DNA of 64,000 nucleotides from an uncultured Methanosarcinales archaeon (GTDB lineage Archaea; Nanobdellota; Nanobdellia; Woesearchaeales; UBA10107): NCBI GenBank assembly GCA_965231065.1, contig OZ246410.1, positions 579,046 to 643,045 of the forward strand, read 5' to 3'. Shown piece by piece: positions 57,201 to 64,000 of this stretch (position 1 is its first letter; each line of letters starts with the position of its first letter). The notes under the pieces were generated by a model. It saw only the letters and a program-made list of their open reading frames with translations, ran no database searches and was not told where the DNA came from. The position numbers and the translations under genes were made by a program.

Positions 57201-57553
57201 ATGCAGTTGTTGCAGATTCCTTCTACATCGATCTGGAAATGACAGATGCTGCCATCGATTTTTCTCTTCATGAAATCGATTGAATCGATGTTGAGATGTT
57301 TTATTGTGCCGCACTTCTGGCAGGTGAAGTGACAGTGATTCATCTTACCGGTTGAGTAAATTGTTTTTCTGTCACAGAGATATGAATGCAGCTCATGATT
57401 TTTTTCCGCTTCTTTCAGAAATCTATAGACTGTCGCGATTCCTATATTCCTGACTTTTGCGTGAAGCTCTTCCGCGGTGAAAAAACGATTGAAGCGCAGT
57501 ATCTCGTGCTTTAAGATCTTTTTCTGAGTTGTCTCCCTTGATTGTCGTGCCAT
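57197..57553 (-). CDS. zur: Fur-family metalloregulator (probable Zur)
   Basis: wHTH ATVYRFL. HCHFTCQKCG metal site. C-terminal CNNC. Divergent from the znu operon. Confidence 0.75.
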   Translation of the reverse strand: MARQSRETTQKKILKHEILRFNRFFTAEELHAKVRNIGIATVYRFLKEAEKNHELHSYLCDRKTIYSTGKMNHCHFTCQKCGTIKHLNIDSIDFMKRKIDGSICHFQIDVEGICNNCI

Positions 57554-57589
57554 CTTATTGATAATGAGAATCAATAAGATTTATAAAGG

Positions 57590-58510
57590 TTGGCAATGTC
57601 TGATGAATACATGAAGAAACAAATACTTTGTCTGCTATTGATCATAATGATGACTGCCTGCACAGGACACATCGAAACACAGACTACATCAACAAAGAGA
57701 ATCACCATAGCAACGACGTTCTATCCATTATTTGATCTCACACGTTCAATCGCAGGAGATAAAGCTGACGTATACTCCATAGTACCTACCGACGCAGAAC
57801 CGCACGAGTATGAAGAAACACCTCAAGATATAATTAAATTAAACAAAGCAGATGCTTTTGTCACGATGGGAATACAGTTCGCAGGCTTTGAGAATAAACT
57901 GATAGAGGCTACCAATATCAAGATAATCCCTGCGGGGAAGAATATCCCCTTGATAGATGTTAAAAATGAGTTAGGTGACCCGTCTGATGAATCAGGAAAT
58001 GATCCGCATATATGGGTTTCTCCTAAAAATGCCGTAAAGATGGCAGAGAATATAAGAGATGGATTAATAGAATTAGATCCTGAGAATAAAGACTACTATG
58101 CAAACAATGCAGACTCTTTAATTGCGTCATTAATCAGCCTTGACGCCGATTATGCATCAGGACTGAAGGATTGCAAACAAGATACCATACTTGCAGCGCA
58201 TGATGCTTATTCTTATCTTGCAAGAGATTACGGGTTTAGATCATATTTCATATCAGGATTGACACCAGAGTCTGAACCAAGTCCTCAGCAGATCAAAAGA
58301 TTGATAGATCTAGCAGAACAAAAACATCTAAAATACATATTCTACGAAGAAGTCGTTGACCCTAGGATCTCACAGACTATCGCAGAGCAAGTAGGGGCGA
58401 TCACCATGCCTTTGAGTCCGGTAGAGAATGTTCCTGAGGTAAGTAAGACGTATGTTGAAGTCATGCAGGAAAATTTAAATAGGCTAAAGATCGCACTTGA
58501 ATGTAACTAA
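57590..58510 (+). CDS. znuA: Zinc/manganese ABC transporter substrate-binding lipoprotein (ZnuA/TroA family)
   Basis: Lipobox-like MTAC. Cluster-9 SBP pattern. Acidic/His loop DPSDESGNDPHIW. Confidence 0.8.
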   Translation: MAMSDEYMKKQILCLLLIIMMTACTGHIETQTTSTKRITIATTFYPLFDLTRSIAGDKADVYSIVPTDAEPHEYEETPQDIIKLNKADAFVTMGIQFAGFENKLIEATNIKIIPAGKNIPLIDVKNELGDPSDESGNDPHIWVSPKNAVKMAENIRDGLIELDPENKDYYANNADSLIASLISLDADYASGLKDCKQDTILAAHDAYSYLARDYGFRSYFISGLTPESEPSPQQIKRLIDLAEQKHLKYIFYEEVVDPRISQTIAEQVGAITMPLSPVENVPEVSKTYVEVMQENLNRLKIALECN

Positions 58511-59204
58511 CATGATCCGTGCAAAGAATCTCTCTTTTTCTTATCCTGGCGTCTCCGTACTGGAGAATATATCATTTGAGATTGATGAGGGGGATTTTGT
58601 AGCATTAATAGGCCCCAACGGGGCAGGGAAAACCACCCTGATAAAGCTCATTCTTGGGTTAGAAAAAATGCAGAAAGGTTCACTAGATGTGTTCGGTGAG
58701 TCTGTTAGCAAATTTGTAAACAAGGAATCAACAGGGTATGTGCCCCAAAAGTATTCAATAGACAAATTATTCCCCGGCACGGTGAGAGAGATATTGCATT
58801 CACACGGTGGATCCCCTCATAATCTCATAAGAGATTTTTCTGTCGATAATCTGCTCGATAAGAAATTCACCGAACTATCAGGAGGGCAGCAACAGAAAGT
58901 CTTGATGGCTCTCGCCTTGCAGAGACATCCTCGGCTATTGATATTGGATGAACCGACGGTAGGTGTGGATATACAGTCTCAGAGAAAATTCTTTGAATCA
59001 TTGAAAAAACTTAACAATGAGCACAAAGTAACCATAGTTTTAGTAACACATGATATTGGCATGGTACCACAGATTGCAAAGACAGTGCTATGTATAAACC
59101 ATAATGTGTGCTGTTCTGGACATGCTTCACAGACTACAAGACTGCTAAAAAAAGTGTATGGTGTGCACGAGGAGCACCATCACCACGATCATTATCACCA
59201 ATGA
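58497..59204 (+). CDS. znuC: Zinc ABC transporter ATPase with C-terminal His-rich tail
   Basis: Walker A GPNGAGKTT, LSGGQQQ, ILDEPT. Tail HEEHHHHDHYHQ. Confidence 0.85.
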   Translation: MNVTNMIRAKNLSFSYPGVSVLENISFEIDEGDFVALIGPNGAGKTTLIKLILGLEKMQKGSLDVFGESVSKFVNKESTGYVPQKYSIDKLFPGTVREILHSHGGSPHNLIRDFSVDNLLDKKFTELSGGQQQKVLMALALQRHPRLLILDEPTVGVDIQSQRKFFESLKKLNNEHKVTIVLVTHDIGMVPQIAKTVLCINHNVCCSGHASQTTRLLKKVYGVHEEHHHHDHYHQ

Positions 59205-59989
59205 TAGAAACACTAAGTTACGAATTCATGCAGCGAGCATTGCTCGGAGGAATAGGCATAGCTTTGATCACAAGTTTAATCGGTCCGTTCCTTGTCCTGA
59301 GAAAGATGTCGTTATTGGGAGACGGTCTCGCGCATCTTGCTTTTGGCGGAGTTGCGCTTGGATTCCTACTACACTACAACCCACTTCTTGTCGCGTTGAT
59401 AGTAGTTGTCATTGGTTCATTCTTTATTAAGAAAGTCATGGACAAAAATATATATGGTGATGCTGCTATCGCACTCATCCTTTCATTCGGAGTCGGATTG
59501 GGAGTGATCGTCACCGGCATCGTACGCGGATTCAATGTTGACTTGTTCAGTTTTCTTATTGGAAGCATACTCACATTGAACAGGACGGATCTGTACTTGA
59601 TTTTAGGCATATTGATCAGCACTATTTTGTTTATCCTGGTATACTATAAAAAGTTCATGTTCATGACATTCAATCAAGAACTTGCAGAACTTCGACAGCG
59701 TGATTATGCACTCATGAACAGCCTATTCACCGTGTTGATCGCACTCACCGTTGTGGTAAGCATACGTGCTGTAGGAATATTACTGGTGTCTGCTCTCATT
59801 GTCATACCTACGCTGACAGCACTACAGATATCAAAATCGTTCAAAAACACGATGATCATCACATCAATGGTCAGTGTATTCGCCATTGTCGCAGGCATAC
59901 TGTCTGCCTTTCAGCTTGATCTCCCACCAAGCGGTGTTATCGTGATGATATTGTTCGGGCTGTTCTTCATCGCTTCTTTAAGAAGATAG
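59201..59989 (+). CDS. znuB: Zinc ABC transporter permease
   Basis: Eight TM segments. ATGA overlap with the znuC stop. The listed upstream 31 aa are rejected. Confidence 0.8.
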   Translation: MIETLSYEFMQRALLGGIGIALITSLIGPFLVLRKMSLLGDGLAHLAFGGVALGFLLHYNPLLVALIVVVIGSFFIKKVMDKNIYGDAAIALILSFGVGLGVIVTGIVRGFNVDLFSFLIGSILTLNRTDLYLILGILISTILFILVYYKKFMFMTFNQELAELRQRDYALMNSLFTVLIALTVVVSIRAVGILLVSALIVIPTLTALQISKSFKNTMIITSMVSVFAIVAGILSAFQLDLPPSGVIVMILFGLFFIASLRR

Positions 59990-60034
59990 TTCTCATCCAC
60001 AAGCTTTAAAAATAGGTGTCTTGCTAAAATAAGT

Positions 60035-60565
60035 ATGGCAAACCCTTGGCATGATGTCAGTTACGGAAGCAAAGCACCCAATGAAGTCAATGCGATCATC
60101 GAAGTGCCGAAAGACGGCGTTCTGAAATACGAATTAGACAAAGAGACAGGACTCATGAAATTAGACAGAGTCCTGTATTCTGCTGTCCATTACCCCGGCG
60201 ACTATGGATTCATCCCGCAGACACTCTGGGATGATGGCGATCCTTTGGATATACTGATCATCTCAAATTTCCCGATCTATCCCGGCACAATCGTACGTGC
60301 TCGTCCCATCGGCATCTTACAGATGAGCGACGGCAAGGAACGGGATGACAAGGTCATCGCGATGCACGCATCTGATCCGCGAGTGAATCACATCAATTCG
60401 ATCAGCGACTTATCTAAATTCAGGATATTAGAGATCAAGCACTTCTTCGAGATCTACAAGGAATTGCAGGGCAAGAAAGTGAAGATCCTGTCATTGAAAG
60501 GACCTGCTGAAGCGCGAAAAGCAATACTCAAAGGCATGGCGAACTATAAAAAGAAATTCAAGTGA
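60035..60565 (+). CDS. ppa: Family-I inorganic pyrophosphatase
   Basis: DGDPLDIL and the conserved D/E/K/Y set (EVPKD...YELD...YPGDYGFIPQT). Confidence 0.9.
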   Translation: MANPWHDVSYGSKAPNEVNAIIEVPKDGVLKYELDKETGLMKLDRVLYSAVHYPGDYGFIPQTLWDDGDPLDILIISNFPIYPGTIVRARPIGILQMSDGKERDDKVIAMHASDPRVNHINSISDLSKFRILEIKHFFEIYKELQGKKVKILSLKGPAEARKAILKGMANYKKKFK

Positions 60566-60566
60566 T

Positions 60567-60986
60567 TTATTCTGCGAATTTATAGCTGACTTCTCCTTTA
60601 AACTTGATGCTGATCGGGATTTCTCCGCGTTTGATCAGAATAATTGCTGCACGATGTGCAAGCTTGATGTGCTCTTTCTTGTGCACCACCCGCATACCGA
60701 TCTCAAGACTTGACAAACCAGTCAATACTTTTGTTATGAATTTCTTTCCATCATCCAATGCGATCACGACCGGTATGAATTTCTTTGCACTCTCATCTGA
60801 ACGGAGCTGAGCACGCTTCACATCCAGTATTTTTGCGACAAAATCGAGATGAGTGATGCCTTCAGGCACTGCCATGAACACTCTCTTCTCTGCATCAAAT
60901 AATAAAGAAATGATCCAATCATGACCAGCTCTCTGGGCAAGACCGTTTACGACATCCCAGTTCAGTTCCTTGATGTACATGACCAT
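60567..60986 (-). CDS. Hypothetical protein (139 aa)
   Basis: ORF only. Confidence 0.4.
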   Translation of the reverse strand: MVMYIKELNWDVVNGLAQRAGHDWIISLLFDAEKRVFMAVPEGITHLDFVAKILDVKRAQLRSDESAKKFIPVVIALDDGKKFITKVLTGLSSLEIGMRVVHKKEHIKLAHRAAIILIKRGEIPISIKFKGEVSYKFAE

Positions 60987-61018
60987 AGAGATAAGAATGA
61001 GGTTATGCTTATTAAACT

Positions 61019-61675
61019 TTACTTCAATATTGCATTGGTCTTCATATACCAGAGGTATAAGTCAAGTTCTGCCATGGACAGATTGAGTTGCTTCGCCAAT
61101 GATTGCAGTTTCTTTTCCAGCTTGAAATATATCTTCTTCGTGACTGTATTTGGCTTCTGTCTGATCAGATTATTTTCCTTCATAACTGACAGGATGTGTC
61201 TGTCGACGATAGCCAGATCTTTCGCACCGGTATTTCTCAGGAAATGTGATGATTCTTTATAGCCAAGACCTTTGATGTTTTTAACTAACCATTCTCTTGC
61301 TGCAGATTCTCCTTCAGTTTGGATTATTTTTGATATTTTATTCTTGATATCGATATGATCTCTGGCAAGAACAATGTATTTCGCTTTGGTGTTATGAAAT
61401 CGATGCTTGTTTCGTTTTATGCAATTGACTAATTCACTTTCCGGATGATGTATCAACCCTTGATGTCCCAGCTCTTGTTGTATCGCGAAACCGGTCTTGA
61501 ATTTCGCATTTGCAGTCAGTAAACAGAAGCACAATTCAGAGAACCATTGTTCTGTTGGTTTGTCTTTAAAGGAAGCAAAGTCATTCATTCTCTGCCTTGC
61601 TTCTTTACCAACTTCAGAGCGTTCTAATGCCTTAATTTCACGTATTAAGCTCATATAGTGACTGTTTTGATTCAT
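61019..61675 (-). CDS. Ogg2-type N-glycosylase/DNA lyase (HhH-GPD)
   Basis: IKGLGYKESSHFLRNTG ... DLAIVDRHI matches the HhH plus catalytic-Asp layout of archaeal Ogg2. Confidence 0.55.
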   Translation of the reverse strand: MNQNSHYMSLIREIKALERSEVGKEARQRMNDFASFKDKPTEQWFSELCFCLLTANAKFKTGFAIQQELGHQGLIHHPESELVNCIKRNKHRFHNTKAKYIVLARDHIDIKNKISKIIQTEGESAAREWLVKNIKGLGYKESSHFLRNTGAKDLAIVDRHILSVMKENNLIRQKPNTVTKKIYFKLEKKLQSLAKQLNLSMAELDLYLWYMKTNAILK

Positions 61676-61729
61676 TTACTTAAAGGTTATTGTGAATTAT
61701 TTACTATATAGAAAATAATAAATATGTTG

Positions 61730-62338
61730 TTAAACTTTCTTGATCTCATCCAACAATTCATTCTTCTTTTTTCTGGACATATGCGTCTTTCCGAATCTAA
61801 CTAAAATAGGATTCAATTGCTTCCAATATCGTTTTGGAAATAACTTCTTGAGATCAGTCTCGACCTGCTCCTGATTCTTTCCTTTTGTCCAGCCTAAATA
61901 ATGGGAAATATACCAGACATGCGTATCAACAGCGATATGATCTCTGCCTTGTTCTGATAGGAATACATTCGCTGTCTTTCTTCCAACACCAGGTAATTCA
62001 ATTAATTTCTCAAAGTCATGCGGAACCTTTCCTTTGTATTTAGAAGCAAGTATCTTTGCACACTCTTTCACATTCTTTGATTTTGTCTTGTAGAAATTGA
62101 CCGGTTTGATTATTTTTTTGATGGCAGCGATTGGGGCGGCGGCAAGTGCTCGTGGTGTCTTAAACTTCTTGAACAACATATTTGCGACAACAATGGTGAC
62201 TTCATCGCGAGTACGAGCGGAAAGCATAGTAGAAATTAAAGTCTGCCAGTCAGAACTCCACTCTTCAGCCGCAAGACGCATCTGATGTTGATGTCTTTTC
62301 AGTATTGTTAATTGTCTCAATGCTTTCTGTCTATCCAT
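61730..62338 (-). CDS. Endonuclease III-family HhH-GPD glycosylase lacking Fe-S cysteines
   Basis: LPGVGRKTANV HhH. Catalytic VDTHV. No 4Fe-4S Cys loop. Confidence 0.7.
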   Translation of the reverse strand: MDRQKALRQLTILKRHQHQMRLAAEEWSSDWQTLISTMLSARTRDEVTIVVANMLFKKFKTPRALAAAPIAAIKKIIKPVNFYKTKSKNVKECAKILASKYKGKVPHDFEKLIELPGVGRKTANVFLSEQGRDHIAVDTHVWYISHYLGWTKGKNQEQVETDLKKLFPKRYWKQLNPILVRFGKTHMSRKKKNELLDEIKKV

Positions 62339-62363
62339 ATCAAGAAATCAAGAATCAGCGTAT

Positions 62364-62828
62364 TTAAACTTTCTTGTAGACTAAGAATGCCTGCCCATCA
62401 TCAGACGGTTCGATGACTGCCGGTGCGTTCATCAGAGAGGTGTTCCGCATGAGCCAGGGCGGGATCGTTATACTGCCATCCTTAATCTTTTCCTGCTGGA
62501 ACCATCGTAAATAGTCATTAGAACCGTAAATATGTACGCCGTCAATCTGCATCGATCCCGACTTGAACGTATCCTTGAGTTGATACATGATATGATCAAG
62601 TTGCAATGCATCATAGACGTGGATACCGGAATCAGCAGTTCCATTAAGAACATCTACCTCTCTCAAATAGAGCTTGAAGCGATTCGGATTGAATTTTTTC
62701 TTGTTGAAATAGGAAGCGTCTGCATTTCGCTGTTTAATCACTTCAATATATGATCCAGGCAACTGGAATTTTCTATCAGGACCGATTCTGCTCTCAAAAG
62801 TCCCTTCGAATAATGCCTCTAAAGCCAT
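62364..62828 (-). CDS. Hypothetical protein (154 aa)
   Basis: ORF only. Confidence 0.45.
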   Translation of the reverse strand: MALEALFEGTFESRIGPDRKFQLPGSYIEVIKQRNADASYFNKKKFNPNRFKLYLREVDVLNGTADSGIHVYDALQLDHIMYQLKDTFKSGSMQIDGVHIYGSNDYLRWFQQEKIKDGSITIPPWLMRNTSLMNAPAVIEPSDDGQAFLVYKKV

Positions 62829-62859
62829 ATGCCTGCTACCAAGAACTTATATTTATAGC

Positions 62860-63855
62860 TTACTTCTTTACTTCCCGCTTCTTGAGCTGGAACTTGAACT
62901 GCGGCATGCGATGTACCGCGACAATGACACCGAAGAAAATGATGATATAACCAATCAGGATCGAGAGATCGACGATCAATGATCCTAATCCGAATTTGAA
63001 GAACATAGCCTGCCGCAACAGATTTTCTGATACGACGAATGGTGTGACTGAAGCGAATGCTCGTACTGAATTTGAGATGCTCTCGATCGGCATCACCGTA
63101 GAGGATAAGAATAATAACAAAGCAGATACCGTTATAGAGGCAAGTACATACGTCTCTTCTGATTTAAACAAGTAGCCGATGATCATACCTAATAAGATGA
63201 ATGCTGAAGTGATCAGGAACAACACCAAGATACTCGTGCCGATGGAAGAGATACTCGTGCTGAAGAAAAGGAATGAGACTAACAGGAATATGACCAGCTG
63301 GATCATGATCGCAGAGAATGAAGTGAGGAATATCGCTACATTAAATATGAGTTCAGACGTCGGCGTGATATAATTCCTGAAGACAGATTTTGATTTCTTC
63401 TCGTTCATCACCAATGTCGAGCTGATCAAGACAGCAGTGATCATGATGACCAACACAATCAATGTCGGGAACAGATAGTTGAAATGTGTCTCCTGTGTTG
63501 TGACCGGTTCTATCTTGGTCTTGATCGGACTTACCAGCTGCTCGGTATCAGAACTCTGGACGCTCTCGATACGGGAAAGTATATCAGCGACTGCGGCATT
63601 GACACTATTGACCGCAGTGATAGAATCATCGATGCTTGCCTGAAGTGTAGTGAGACTGCCATCGACTGATGTCTTATGCTTACCAATCTCTTCCAATTGT
63701 ACTTTGGCCAACTGCAATGCAGAATCGATCGTGCTGACAATATATTCAAGTGATTTGACGCTTGAATTTCCTTCGAGATAGAGTGATGCGGTCGTGATAC
63801 TCGCCTTTGCTTTGGTTATCGCCTCATTGACGACGCCTTTCTCAGTATCTGACAT
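62860..63855 (-). CDS. Membrane protein: N-terminal about 130-aa coiled-coil/Ser-Thr-rich region plus six-TM ABC-2-like domain; true start may lie upstream
   Basis: C-terminal polytopic domain. The frame stays open toward the window end for part of the upstream region. Confidence 0.5.
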   Translation of the reverse strand: MSDTEKGVVNEAITKAKASITTASLYLEGNSSVKSLEYIVSTIDSALQLAKVQLEEIGKHKTSVDGSLTTLQASIDDSITAVNSVNAAVADILSRIESVQSSDTEQLVSPIKTKIEPVTTQETHFNYLFPTLIVLVIMITAVLISSTLVMNEKKSKSVFRNYITPTSELIFNVAIFLTSFSAIMIQLVIFLLVSFLFFSTSISSIGTSILVLFLITSAFILLGMIIGYLFKSEETYVLASITVSALLLFLSSTVMPIESISNSVRAFASVTPFVVSENLLRQAMFFKFGLGSLIVDLSILIGYIIIFFGVIVAVHRMPQFKFQLKKREVKK

Positions 63856-64000
63856 ACTTGAGCCGTCAACAGCTGATTTCGCATCGCTCAGATGGCTCTT
63901 TGCGTCACCAAGATTTGATTTGATCGAACTGATGCTGCTCCGTGCCGTATCAGCGGTGACATCGTTGCTAAAGTCAGTGGATGGATCGATCTGACTCAGT

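Noticed and set aside
60567-60986. Holliday-junction resolvase (Hjc) or PD-(D/E)xK nuclease call for the 139-aa protein
   Set aside because: Only a loose D...D-A-E-K resemblance. The spacing and remaining Hjc residues do not fit.
1-64000. CRISPR arrays, transposases, integrases, rRNA
   Set aside because: No regularly spaced direct repeats, no DDE/tyrosine-recombinase-like ORFs and no rRNA-like conserved stretches were seen. The only notable repeat is the 25-nt pair in the 56.4-56.7 kb spacer.

Overview
This 64 kb window is densely coded on both strands (about 90 genes, short AT-rich spacers) and is most consistent with a small-genome archaeon, possibly DPANN-like, carrying many bacterial-type genes. 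Archaeal markers are deoxyhypusine synthase, a Dph6/MJ0570-type PP-loop ATPase, a short archaeal-type cytidylate kinase, an Ogg2-type glycosylase, TTTATATA/TTTAAA boxes about 25-35 nt upstream of starts, and oligo-T terminators. Housekeeping content includes base-excision repair (Xth, three HhH-GPD glycosylases), dTMP synthesis (tmk plus a tandem-domain ThyX), pentose/phosphoketolase metabolism (RpiB, Rpe, Xfp, aldehyde dehydrogenase), MsrA/MsrB, a Zur-ZnuABC zinc uptake operon, inorganic pyrophosphatase, and an ABC-2 exporter. Six stretches stand out. (1) 35.3-44.1 kb is a copper-export and extracytoplasmic disulfide-bond island: CopA, a CuA-type cupredoxin lipoprotein, a VKOR, a thioredoxin-like lipoprotein, DsbA, CcdA, and a membrane-tethered wHTH regulator with a CPx4CP loop; a second VKOR sits separately at 31.3 kb. 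(2) 1.4-4.7 kb is a block of hypotheticals centred on a protein with an R / S-x-T / N-x-E arrangement resembling R-S-E-class ADP-ribosyltransferases. Its 3' end overlaps the first of two unknown convergent genes that are co-directional with each other. (3) A 970-aa protein (44.4-47.3 kb) has a clear DEDDy 3'-5' exonuclease domain but no recognisable family-B polymerase motifs. It converges on a stand-alone ATP-cone protein. (4) A 390-nt spacer before msrA holds a multi-hairpin structured-RNA candidate. It contains a convincing tRNA-Phe(GAA) 5' half (D-arm plus anticodon arm) with no contiguous T-arm, and a 25-nt imperfect direct repeat. (5) A Dph6-like ATPase is translationally coupled to a class-I glutamine amidotransferase. 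(6) An unannotated 55-aa Cys-rich ORF lies at 41085-41252. No CRISPR array, transposase, integrase or rRNA was seen. All functions are inferred from motif reading without database searches.
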